Assembly (NCBI GenBank): GCA_030141605.1
Contig: JAQGDQ010000196.1
Coordinates: forward strand, 124,001 to 188,000
Source of the DNA: Tubiluchus corallicola
Lineage: Eukaryota; Animalia; Priapulida
Direction: 5' to 3'
DNA length: 64,000 nucleotides
Below are positions 1-12,100 of the stretch, piece by piece; positions within the stretch are counted from its first letter, which is position 1; every line of letters starts with the position of its first letter. Both the position numbers and the translations under genes were made by a program. The notes under the pieces are model-generated. The model was not told the origin of the DNA. It did no database searches and saw nothing but the letters and a program-made list of their open reading frames with translations.

Positions 1-128
1 TAAACCAATTGGCTCAGTTACAATCCAGATATACTGCTTAAACTTGTATACATTTGCAATATAAAATCAACTTTTAAATAACATCAGTAATAATTAAGCC
101 CTGATGTAGTTAACGGTTATTTACTTAC

Positions 129-3100
129 ATTGTAGGTCCAATGATTTGGACTTTCCCGTGAGTCACAAAACTCGCAACGGTTGTTCGGATTTAGTTCAAG
201 ATCTTCAAAACACTGTTCTTCTATTAGACACGTGCTGGACTAAAGTAAAGAATAGTCTTATAAAACACACAGAAAAGCAGCCTGCCTACCATTCTAAAAA
301 CAGCTTATTTGCTCAAAAACGTATCCTATTATAAGCTATTATATCATTTCCTTGAGTGTTTTAACTTTTAAAGGGGAACATGACCCAATTTTAAACTATA
401 ACTCAAAATAATCTCGTACATAAAATACAGAAACAAAGTTAAGAATGACATACGTGAAAGAATTATTATTATAGAAGTTTCGTTTCACGTTCGCACCTTG
501 TTACATGCATTTCGCCATTTGCTAGTTACATTTATGACAGCATCCTGAATCTCAAGGCACATATTTATGAGGAAATCATCACACAGTGGTAAGCTTGTAA
601 TTTGAATTTTTAAACTTAAAATTTGATGAATTCTTCCATCTCACACAAACACGTGCAACACGGTCGTGCAATGTTTGTGCTGTTGAAAATTACGTTCAGT
701 TGTGACGTCATCACTAGCTGCGCTCGCTGTTCGTTAACTAAGTTTTTAGGCTATTATTAATTATCAGTTGTCGAGTAAATGAATGAAACAAGTTTAAATA
801 ACATCAAGTGAAGTTCGAAAACATAATCAGAGCACTCGTAACGCACATTTCACTAACAAAACAAAATAAAAAATTACTTTATTATATCAATAAGCTCAAT
901 ATATGCTTTTTGGAAAGCCAGTGGTGCACACTGGGAAGAATGAGTCAGAGACGTTTTACCAGCTGGCACAAATATTTTAAATTAGTAAGAATTTGCTTTT
1001 CTAGTGACATACGTTTTCAAACAGGCAAGTGAAAAGCTAAATGATATAACTTTGTATGGAAAATTTTTAGGACCTATCTTAAAATTCACTGATTCCTTTG
1101 CCTTCTCCTTTAATCTCAACACTACGCTCAGAAATTGCAATAAACAAACCTTTTGTGTCCAGGAGGTAGTGGAACTTGCTGGATCACAAACTAAACATTC
1201 TTTGCCGGGTTGTGGAGCTTGTGGTCCAAAACACTCGCCATTTATTTCGCAGCTGTTAGGCTGAATAATAACGACAATAAAAGTCACAAAAATATGAATG
1301 GCAACAATTACAATGGCAACAATTACAATGGCAATATTAATCATGTGTCAAATGGAGAAATAGGTAGTTAAACGGCAAAAAGAAAAAGCCTTTTCACAAT
1401 TTTGTAATTGACGCACAAATATGTGCGGGTCAAAGGTTAAGTGTATCACAGCAACGTGTTTTAAATACGTCCATAACGTGACAAGTGGTTAAAGCACAGT
1501 CATCTACCGCATCAGTTCAGTAACTTCAGTTGCTTAACGTGAACTTTGCTTAATTATGCGCTAGTCTGTGCATAGAGTAATTTACTGGCAGGATCTTGCT
1601 TGGGAACAATAAAAAATGAACTAGGTAAAGTTTTAGTTAGCTGTTAAAACAGTTACGATTACAACAGCATGGGCTGCGAGGTGTTGTCAAGTGTACACAA
1701 ATGTGTTGTCTGGTACATTTAACCTTTGACCTTTTCACGGTCACCATCAATCGCTGGAATCGTGAAAAGGCTTACTGTGAACACTTGAAAGGGGAAAGTT
1801 TTAGAGGTCTCATACTGGGCTGTATGGAAGGCCAGCGTATTGAAAGTACTTACATTTACCGACCAGACTGATGTTGAATAAGACACATTGCACATTTCAC
1901 ACACATCATTCGGGTTGATTTCTCCGTCGTTGAAACATTCGCTTGATATCAAACACGAATCATCCTAAAATGCAAACACAGACAAACCCTGTAACCCAGC
2001 AAAATGATGAAACAACAGAAAGTTCTATTCATTTGCTCAGTTATAACACCAAATTTCATTTTTTCTCACCTTTTGTGTCCAAGAACTATTAGAAACACTT
2101 GGGTTACAGACTAGACATGTCTGATCTTCTTTTTCTTCTCCATCACTATAGCATTTTCCTGCTATTAGACAACTATCATCCTACAAAAAGTCAGAAACTG
2201 TGTTAAATAACATTAACTGAGAAAGACATTAACTTGCAATTTCTCTATTGCTCGTTTTTTGTGCGGTAAACCCTGACGATTATCATCTGATAAAGAAAAC
2301 ATATTGACTTAAATGATGAATATTTGATTCAACGGTTATTTGGACAACAATCAAATAAGCCTTTTCGCTGTTTCGTTGTGCGCACGCGCACTTGCCCCAG
2401 GTCAAAGGTTAAGTGTACCACAGAAACACATCTTAACTACAGCCGTCACGCGACATGTCTGTCATGTCTGCCGCATCAGTTCAGCAACTTCAGTTGTTTT
2501 ACGTGGACTTTACTTAATTGTGCATTAGTCTGTGTGTAAAGTGATTTACTAGCAGGATCTTGCTTGGGAACAAGAAAAATGAAGTAAGTAAAGTTCTAGT
2601 TAACTGTTAAAACTGTTACTATTACAATAGCTTGAGCTGCAAAGTGTTGTCAAGTGTACACGAATGCGTTGTCTGGTACACTTAACCTTTGACTTTTTCA
2701 CGATCACCATCAATCGCATCGAAATGTAAAAAGGATTATTGTGCGAGTTTTCAAGCAGAAAATTATTTTCCTTTCTAGCTTACCTTGAAATTACACCCGG
2801 TAGAATTATCACATGCTTGGCAGACAGAATCGTAGACAACAAACAACAGAGGATTCTCACTGGGGTTAACACCGTCGTTGCTTACTCTGATCTGGAATGC
2901 TTCATAAAAATAAAGGATAACCTAATTTTGAATTCACAAATCATCACTTCAATACCTAAGAAACATGTGAGTATATTTAATTACTATCTTATAAATGGAG
3001 ACACGATGCAATGATTTTTACGATGCGAAGCAACATGAACTCTTCCAGGACCATTCAAAACAAGTCTTATAAGACCTATGACTTTTCTGAATCTCGGCTA

Positions 3101-6100
3101 TCCAATTATGCTATTTGCTTAAACATTTATAAGTGATTTAACTGGATAAAACTAAAAAACACCCTCTTAAGGCAGTTCAACTTTGTTTATTGAGCAGCTT
3201 AGTCTGTTGTACACCTGCGTGTGTTTAGCACAGGTTACACTATATTTTGCTACGGTGCAAACACTGCAGTTGTCTAAGATAAGCATAAGCATTTCATATA
3301 ATATTTTGCATGAAAATCCATTGTGTGAGGAATAGAAACCTATAAAAATTGTCAAATGTAATATAATCGTTGCTTAGCGAGAGAAGTTTTTCATGAACCC
3401 ATGCAAAATGCAGCAAACGCTTACAGTCCTGAAGGAGTTAAGTATCTTAATTTCTCCTCTCTAATTTCTACTAACACATGGCAAAATGGTCTGATCAGAC
3501 AAACTGTCAAAATCTGTACATAAGTTTACCTAAAAGAAGGACATTTAAATAAGAAAAATGCCAATGCCAGCGCCAATTGATTTACACTTTTTCGCTCACC
3601 TGCTGCTGGCTTATCGCTCAATATAGTGGATCTCAAGTTTTGCAGATGCAATGAGCACCTGACTTCACCAGAGTAAATATGGAAAGCCGGGGTAATTCTC
3701 ACGTCATCAGTTGGCTCGAATCCATCTGAAGATACCTATAAAATGGCCAGCAACAAAGTCTAAAAATACTACGAATACTTATAAGCCTGGCTTCACCGTT
3801 CAAAAGGATGATTTTTTGGGTAAATTCATGAATGTACAGATAAAGCATGCTCCGATGGTCCTGGGTCAAAAGGAGTGTTCAATCTGCTGTTGTTACAAGT
3901 AACCGGAGGTGTTGACTCCCTGTCCCAGAAAGCTTCATCTTCTGATGCTAGACTCGCGTCATCTGTTTTAACCCTTTCTGCCAAATTGCTGGACAAAGAC
4001 TACCTATTTTGAATACAGAATGAACTATTGCGGAACTAACAGCTTGGCTCCCTCCCTGCCTGTCGAGCAAGGAGTTCCTGCTAATCAGGAAGGAGGAGAA
4101 GGACCACTTAGCAAGATCCAGTAGTCCCCAATGCAGAAGCTGAATTACAGCAGAGCTCAGGGGGCATAGTATTTTATTGAATGGCACATTGAAGAATATT
4201 GTTTGTATTATGTGATAATTGCTACTATAGTGTTTTCATTTTGACAAAAATATTTGTTTTCGTACATTTATTTTGCATTCAAGCTTCAGTGTAAATTAAA
4301 ATACAGCTTTAGGATTTAGGAGACTACACAAACACCCTGTGCCTTGGTTAGCCCAACCAGTTAAGTGTAGGTTCTTGAAGTGCTAATAATTTACCTCTAC
4401 AGTTCTAATATGGCAGGAAAGATCGGGACTTTCCACAAATCTGTCTCCAATAATTGACGTCACTTCACATGGTCGACTCCGGATGTCACACAGGCCAGAA
4501 TGTGGAATAAGATAGGCGTCAGGTGGCGCTGTCCCATTGATAGAGCAGTCAGCACTAATAAAGCCGTCATCGCAAACACATTCACCTTTGAAGGAAAGAA
4601 CAAGTCACTTAGCACTTTTATTACTAGAGAAATTTGCTAAAAACTGTCTACAAAACACAAAGCTAATTTGTACACAGGTTAAATAGAAATTTTAAGCCTC
4701 CATTTACTTGAATTTCATGACGTAACTGGTGGTCTTCGTGGCTTTTCGTAAGCGTATCGTGGTTTTCCTAATGTTCTTAGCAAGTAATGGGGGAAAAATA
4801 TTATAAAATTAGCTTTCTGTAAGGTTTTTATTTTGTAAAATATTTTTACATAAATTATTGTATTTCTGACGGAAATTTCTAATGAGCTGCTTTTCTTCAG
4901 TGATGTCACTGGTGGAAAAATAGTCATTGTAAATGGGAGCGCCCAAGCACAAAATGATCACGACTTTAAAGTGATTTTACTAATTACACTAGTCGCTTAT
5001 AGCACTTTTATTACTTTCTAACATTTTTCGGCAACATTAAAGTAAACCAAACTTACAAGAAGGTTTGGCCTTTTTAAGCGCATATTGAGAAAATAAAAGG
5101 CCTTTAATAAACAGATGAGGGTCATTATTTATAAATAATCCGACTGTGAATGTTTTACTAACGGTTGCTTTATTTTAAAGCAATCTATTAGAATGTTATC
5201 ATTTGCAACGCAGCCAACACTTGAACAGCATCTTTTGTAGAAGTTCACATATTGATTCACTGTTTCCGTTCTTACACAAAGGATATTTTATTGATTTTGA
5301 AAAAAATTGCGCAAACACTGTTTTGGGTTAAGTTCACAAGAGCAGTGACAACGACAACGACAATGACGATCACGACAACACAAACTAGTGCTAGACATCC
5401 CATTCTGTGATGCCATAATAAACAACTACTGCTTTAAAAGCTTTTTACGTTTAAATGTTTTTATAATTACTATCAAACCTTGTAATAACGCCAGGTCTGG
5501 GGCACCACTAAATATGGCGCTATACCGGAGTTGATGGTAAGGCGAGATTCATTAAATATGAAAATCATTCCAGTCTGTAACCTCCATTTTGTTTCCTAGT
5601 TAATTTTAATACGTCACAAATAGTATAATATTACTATATCTACAACAATACATGTGTTGTACTGTACATTTTTTGTTGCATTTACAAAATTAATGCAGAT
5701 GTAGTTCTACGTCGACGAGTTGTAAAAGTTTTAGGTAACACAATGTGGAGTAGCAATCTTGTGAAACACGGCTGTTACCTGAAAAGAGAAATATGCAGCC
5801 ACGCAGCCTACACGCGCTCGCAACCTAACATCACTAGATAATTAAGACTATAAACAGCGGCCACATATAACTGACCTTGAGAAAAACACCTTTAACAGCC
5901 ATTAAACTCACATCAGTTCAGTACTGGTACTGAACCTTAGCTAGCAACTCTTAAAATGCAAACTCCTTGCTCAAAACCTCTAGTTTCATGCAGTCACTTG
6001 CTAGGAAACATGAGCCTTAATTTGAACAGCATAATGGTTTCTCTGTTTAGAGATTGTTTTTACAAGTTACTGTTTTTCTACAACAATTCATTGTGCTTTA

Positions 6101-7283
6101 TCTTGGCTGGTGTTATAACGAGGTAAAAGTAAAATAATTCGTTGTATTGGTTGTGTATAGCTGATTATTGATGTTTTAGGGATGGCAAAACTATGAAGAG
6201 TCAGATTATAAAACTACACGTTTATTAAACATCAAACACAATAAATATAACAGATAGTAATGCCAAGCCCCTGATCTAGCCTCATCTCATTCAGTTCCCA
6301 GACTCAATCCCCTGAGCTGGGCGCATCACAAGACTTATATATGGTGCGCCGAGCTTCGACGCCTCGACGCCTACGCTTCGGTTCTGAATCACTTGCTCAC
6401 TTGACACCACACTTTAACTGGGCTTCATACCACCATTCATCAACATAATTATCTATCATAATCTAACGCTTTTAACATAGTTTAACAGGTTCTCTTTACT
6501 GTAAATTTATTATGTAAAATAGACTTTTAGCACAACAGATACGCTGGCAGATATCCCCATATTTACTATATTATGGAAATCGGGACAGGGCAAAGTTTGC
6601 ATTATGGCTAGGCTGGCGTTATAACAGGGGGTGGCATAACGAAATTCAACTGTATTGCGTTTTTTGAGGTTGCTTTTAATTTACCTTCTACACAATCGCC
6701 ATTTCCGCTGCAGTCATTAAAGCAGATAGATTCTGCAATTTCTGGTGGTACGTCATACACAACTTCTCCTGTCTCTGATTCTGTGACATCCCAAGTGCTA
6801 ACGTTCTGTTCAATTTCTTTTGCACAACAAGATTTAATGTCCTCAAGAGCACTTTGTGCCCATTCACTATCACCAGTTGTCTGAAAATATGTTATCAGTC
6901 ATTTCACTTCATTCATTATTCTAGTGACATTAAATTGCAACACGCAAATTCATAAAAGTAACTACGAACAGGTGACTGTTGCTGCTGCTGCTGCTGGTGG
7001 TGGTGACGGTGGCGGCGACGGCAGTCGTGGTGTAGTAGATATAATTTTATAGCCATCATCGTCTCCTACATTACCTGTTGAGTACACAAGTATAACTTAC
7101 CATAATATCAAACACACAATTCTGTATTGGATTTTCGAAATCCAGAGCAGGCAACTTGCTACACGACTGGGCAGCAGCACTTCCGCTAGTAACCTGACGG
7201 CAATATTGTTCTGCCTCTTCCTCAGTCCACCTAGTAATCGAACGTTTGTGACGTTGAGATCTTTCAGACCTGCTTGAATGTCC
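129..7283 (-). CDS. VWDE-like (von Willebrand factor D and EGF domain-containing) secreted Cys-rich protein, partial: 9 internal exons; continues off the left edge, 5' half not found
   Basis: GT-AG exons in consistent phase: 7101-7283 (GHSSRSERSQRHKRSITRWTEEEAEQYC...IQNCVFDIM), 6685-6880 (TTGDSEWAQSALEDIK...ICFNDCSGNGDCVE), 4395-4585 (GECVCDDGFISADCS...GLCDIRSRPC), 3600-3735, 2784-2899 (FQIRVSNDG...VYDSVCQAC), 2070-2180, 1854-1964, 1150-1260, 129-239. The EGF-like C-x-NDCSGNG-x-C...C-x-C...DCS, GLCDxR, VSNDG and YDSxC motifs are recalled as typical of invertebrate VWDE-like proteins. Confidence 0.8.
590..760. repeat. Dispersed repeat; an inverted copy lies near 54945-55080
   Basis: cacgtgcaacac...aatgtttgtgctgt...tgacgtcatcactagctgcgct...aactaagtttt aligns with the reverse complement of aaaacttaattga...agcgcagctagtgatgacatca...gttgcacatgtttg. 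Confidence 0.6.
1385..1775. mobile_element. Fold-back/MITE-like repeat, copy 1
   Basis: Internal inverted pair ggtcaaaggttaagtgta...tacatttaacctttgacc and outer aagccttttcac...gtgaaaaggctt; aligns along its length with 2357-2740. Confidence 0.65.
2357..2740. mobile_element. Fold-back/MITE-like repeat, copy 2
   Basis: gtcaaaggttaagtgtacca...tggtacacttaacctttgac inverted pair; same interior as 1385-1775 (gcatcagttcag, gcaggatcttgcttgggaacaa). Confidence 0.65.
5469..6654. mobile_element. Non-autonomous Tc1/mariner (pogo/Tigger-like) DNA element, interrupted by a solo LTR
   Basis: Ends ...aacgaaattcaactgta. The left end (ataacgccaggtctggggcaccactaaat) matches the reverse complement of 27290-27355, so this is a dispersed family. 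Confidence 0.55.
6169..6445 (-). mobile_element. Probable solo LTR (~277 bp)
   Basis: Minus strand reads TGTTG...CATCA with an internal TATATAAG and a downstream AATAAA; imperfect flanking ttat/taat; GC-richer than surroundings. Confidence 0.5.
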
Positions 7284-7489
7284 CTGTCAATAAACACCAA
7301 ACAATAGCCGTTACGAGTTGTCAGTTGTCAGTTGTCCGGTGCACATCGTTTGTCTCGTGCTCCGGTTGCTAATTATACCAGTTAGTGTTGAATAGATTGT
7401 GATTAGGCCGTGAGGCCAAGGCTGTACAAATTTACTTATAGTTAAAAGATACTACGTCGAACAAAGTATATGTTAAAAGACATACATGA

Positions 7490-9043
7490 ATGGCAAGGAA
7501 AAGTTGCACGCTTTGCAAAAGTGCAAAAAATCCAGTAAATAAAAATCAGCTATTTCTTGCAACGTGCGAAAGGTGCTTCAAAAAACATAGGCAAACGACG
7601 AATATGGGAAATGATGGACACGAGGCGGCAGAAATTGTGTTTCCCGACTTCGTACTTGTTGGTGATCCAGAGGGCGAACGATATAAACAAATGCTAATTG
7701 CCTTGCAAATAAAAACCAAAAATGACGAAAAAGAGAGTAAAAAGACAATTCAATGCTTGGAGTCAAAACTAGCTGCCAGCTATAAAGAGCAGTCAACTCT
7801 CATCGAAAAGGTTCATAAATTATCAACGGAACTCTCTGAACTACAAAAAAGAAAGCGAAATGTAGGCAACCAAACAAGTGATAATTCCTCCAAAGATCCC
7901 AGTCACACAGATGAAGCAAGTCAAACTTTGCTTGTGAATGGAGACACCTCCTCATCGAAACACGGCAATAACGACCTTCCATCGCAGGGCGAAACCTTGC
8001 AGGAAAAGGAAACTTGCAATGCCACAATAACTGTGAATCAAAGAAGGAAAAATCATAAGACCATACATGCAACCACTCAAACGCTAGTCCTGGGAGACTC
8101 ACGGACCGTATACTTAAATCCAAAGGACATCGGGCAAAACGTCCAGGTACACTCATACAGAGGCTTAACATTAGAAGAGTTAAGCACAAAAGTGTTAAAC
8201 CATTATCCAGCTATGAAGCTTGAAAATGTGATCATCGCTTGTGGTGTAAATGACATAAGACGGCTAGCGCAAAAATGCGACGAGGTTGGACAGCAAATCG
8301 ACAAAGAATCATCAGTTAGAGACATCATTACAATTGCAGACAACTGTGCAAAAAACATTGCAAGTAAGTTTAAAGCTGCAAACATTTTTATTTGTAATAT
8401 ACCGCTGACTTCAAAAAGTAAGCATGTTAATGCAAAACCATGTAATATCTTTCTGACAAACGAGCTTATACGCTCTTTCAATGATGATCTAGTCTATTTA
8501 GCTAACAAAGAGGGCTATTTATTGTGCAACATTCAAAGTCATTTTTTAGCTGAAGGGTTAATGGCAAGAGACGGTTTACATTTAAGTCGTGCTGGTGTAT
8601 CAAAATTAGCAGAACGACTGAACTTATGTTTACACAATGATCCTAAGCGTTGGTACGAGAAAACAAGACGCAAGCCAATGTCCCATACAAACCCATACCA
8701 ACACAATTCTGCAATTTCGCGCCTAAATAACTCGTTTAATTTACGTATTGGTTCATCTCACAATACCAGCTATTCAGACGCAGTTAAGAAACCTGGTCTT
8801 CTCCCAACGCCAGTAATTAACGACCCACAGCGAACCTACTCCGTTTCGAACCGGAGAGAGCCATCTGAACGAAGCAGTTTGTACTACACAGAATCGGCTA
8901 AAGCTCATTATCCTAATAAATGTTCTACAACACTGCCAAGCCAAAATGAACCGCTGCTGTTAACTCAGGAACCAGTTCTAAAATCCGAGATTGAAAACAT
9001 ACTAACCAAAGCCTTTAAAGAGCTTATCTCCAAGTTCATATAG
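7490..9043 (+). CDS. LINE ORF1p: N-terminal CxxC...CxxC finger, coiled coil, SGNH esterase domain
   Basis: CTLC...CERC; heptad-rich region; SGNH blocks VLGDS, YRG, CGVND, DGLH all present; 517 aa open. Confidence 0.88.
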   Translation: MARKSCTLCKSAKNPVNKNQLFLATCERCFKKHRQTTNMGNDGHEAAEIVFPDFVLVGDPEGERYKQMLIALQIKTKNDEKESKKTIQCLESKLAASYKEQSTLIEKVHKLSTELSELQKRKRNVGNQTSDNSSKDPSHTDEASQTLLVNGDTSSSKHGNNDLPSQGETLQEKETCNATITVNQRRKNHKTIHATTQTLVLGDSRTVYLNPKDIGQNVQVHSYRGLTLEELSTKVLNHYPAMKLENVIIACGVNDIRRLAQKCDEVGQQIDKESSVRDIITIADNCAKNIASKFKAANIFICNIPLTSKSKHVNAKPCNIFLTNELIRSFNDDLVYLANKEGYLLCNIQSHFLAEGLMARDGLHLSRAGVSKLAERLNLCLHNDPKRWYEKTRRKPMSHTNPYQHNSAISRLNNSFNLRIGSSHNTSYSDAVKKPGLLPTPVINDPQRTYSVSNRREPSERSSLYYTESAKAHYPNKCSTTLPSQNEPLLLTQEPVLKSEIENILTKAFKELISKFI

Positions 9044-9139
9044 GCCTAGTATCGTTTAGCTTGGTTTTAGACATTACTCTGAACTTTAAAGCTAGTCTGC
9101 GTAAACCTGTTATAAAACTCTTTTTTTTACTATTCTATT

Positions 9140-12100
9140 ATGATTTTAATGATGACACTGAATAACAGAAAATTTTTAGCACTGCTGCTAGTGAATTTTT
9201 ACATAATATGGCAAAATAGGCCAATCCATCCTAACTCGTGTAAAGATTATAACGTAACAATTGTGTATACTAGTATTATAATAACAATTATCTCACCCAC
9301 GTTATTACATAATAGGAAATATTTACTTCTTATAGTACTGTATTCTATACAAGCCCTTTTACTCGCAACCGATATTAGTATCCTTATGATCGTTCTAAAA
9401 TTAATTTACCACGCATGTGTAACGTTCTACTGTGTAAGCTTGATACTATGCTGCCGTATTACTGCAAAAAAACTGCAAGTTAAAGTTATTTTATTTGTGT
9501 TAATAGGTACATTTTGGAAACCATACGAATTTACTTCTTGTATCATAGTTGATATTTCTAACGTATCTTATCATAAAATTACCAAATTTATTTGTGATTA
9601 TGGGAGCCTTTGTATATTTAACGCCAAATATCAAACAGTTAAGTTCTTTTATTGTAACTATGCTTACGTCTTAGTTATACTACGTACATTACTATACATA
9701 CTAAAACTGAAAATGATCTACGTAACAGTAATTTGTAATGTAATGACTAAAGGTAATTTAAACAACTTTTTCATTGCTTTTCCTGTAAATAGCGATAGAA
9801 TAAGACACTCTATGCAATTTATTTTAAAAAGATTTGTATCCATCTTAAAAGTTGTGTACCTCGGTGCTATAAGACAAATGCGTCATGTCAATCTAAAATA
9901 CGTAGCACTAAAAAAATTGGAAAAATTACAGATTTCATCTAAATTTGAAAGCACTCTATACTCATGTTCTGAACTGGCTTACATTTTAACCATAATTCGT
10001 TTACTACTTATACTTGGTGGTATCGAAACTAACCCTGGACCCATTTTGCCAAATAATAATAATAATAACACCAACAATAATAATACCAGTGATGAGCTAA
10101 AAGAATTCATGATTACTTATAAAAAGAACATCAAATTTCTAAATATAAATATTCAAAGTCTCGTCAAAAAACACTGGCTGCTGAAAGATACAATTCACGC
10201 CACCGAAAATCTGATTGTAGGCATAACAGAAACTTGGCTACATAAACAAATACTTAGCAACACTATAGAATTACCTAATCACACATTAATAAGAAGAGAT
10301 CGATGTAAAAATAAGAAAGGTGGAGGGGTTGCGATGTATATACCTTCACACCTGAGACCACAAGAAATGAAAAGCATCAGAACCGGCAAGATTGAATCTG
10401 TTTGGTGCAGCATTGAGAACTATGTAATAGGAACTATATATAGACCACCCAATCTCAAACACAAAACATTTTTCAAATACTTTAGTGAAGAACTAGAACG
10501 CAGTGTTTTCGAAAATAAAAAGTTCTTATAATGGGCGATTTCAACCTTGATATTTTAGCTACAAACACACTGGCATACAAAACATACACCGAGCTCTTAA
10601 AACAATATAATGTCCACATACTTAACAACAATAAACCTACTCGAATTTCTAAAACATCAGCCACAGTAATCGACCATTTCATTTCGAATAGTAACAATAA
10701 TTTCGTAGCATATGATACTTTTCCGTGTGATTATTCAGATCATCATTTCATAATATTAGTAGATAAAATGACCCCACAGCATAATAATAACCAAAATTCA
10801 GTCTGGCATTTAATGAGAGACTACGCCCAATACAACAAACATTCATACTTAATCGACTTAGCAAAAATGAACTGGACCTCCGTATATATGACTGATAAAA
10901 TAGATACACAAGTTAATATTCTGACATATAATGTCGAATATTGCCTTAATGTACATGCACCATATAAAAACGTAAAGCAAATCCCACAACAAAGCAAACT
11001 CTATAACGAAAGTACCTGGACAACACCTGAACTTGACAAACTAAGAATAGCGAAAAACAGAATGTATAATATATGGGAAAAGAACAAAACTAAAAACAAT
11101 CATAACAATTATAAAAAAAAAGAGAAATCAATTTAATAATCTTAATAAATGCTTGAAAAATAAACATATACAACAACAATGTAAAAACGCAACAAATACC
11201 AAAGAAAAATGGAAAATTATTAACAATGTAATAAATAAATGCCGTAACAAACTAATGCGTGTTGACGAAATTAAGATCAACAACACTGTTATTACAAAAC
11301 CCAAAGATATTGCCAACGCGCTAAATGCAATATTCCTGAATCTTGGAAATTTTAAGGGAGTGGCTTCTCATATTAGCAATAATATAATTAATAAATTAAA
11401 AAACAAATCGTCTAACACAGTATTCTCGTTCAAAAGCGTCACAGTAGGAGAAATTAACGACATATTAAATAACCTAAGTTCCAACAAAGGGAGTGGACCA
11501 TCAGATATTCCTATCAAAATTCTAAAAGATAGCGCATCTGTAATAGCCCCGCATATGACTTACATTACTAATCAGATAATTATGAGAGGCGAATTTCCAA
11601 CGGTATGTAAAATGGCAAACGTGACTCCAATCCATAAAAAAGATCCAAAATGTGATCCCATGAATTATCGCCCAATTTCCGTAATCCATTGTTTCGGTAA
11701 AGTTTGGGAAAGGGTAATTTATGATCAGATAAATTCATATGTAAATAAACATGAACTTTTATCAAAACATCAGTTTGGCTTCCGTAAACACCATTCAACC
11801 ATTGACGCCCTAATACACACAACAGAAAATTGGAGACATAGTTTAGACAACAAGCACTACATTTTAGCAGCATTTTTGGATTTAAGTAAAGCTTTCGATA
11901 GCATTAATCACGAACTACTTTACGATAATTTAAAACAAATCGGATTAGATTCGATATCGTTAAAACTGATACAAAATTATCTCAAAGATAGACAACAACG
12001 AGTAAAGTTAGATACAACCAACTTTTCTGACTGGGCCACGTTAAATAGAGGTATACCGCAAGGAACACTACTAGGTCCGTTATTATTTTGCCTATATATA

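Noticed and set aside
2900-2921. Alternative acceptor ttag|gttatcc for the 2784-2899 exon, suggesting a pseudogene stop
   Set aside because: The aag acceptor at 2900-2901 restores phase, so no disablement is needed.
7097-7300. 67-aa ORF MVFIDRDIQAGLK...
   Set aside because: Wrong frame; the real exon 7101-7283 reads GHSSRSERSQRHKRS... and splices in phase to the next exon.
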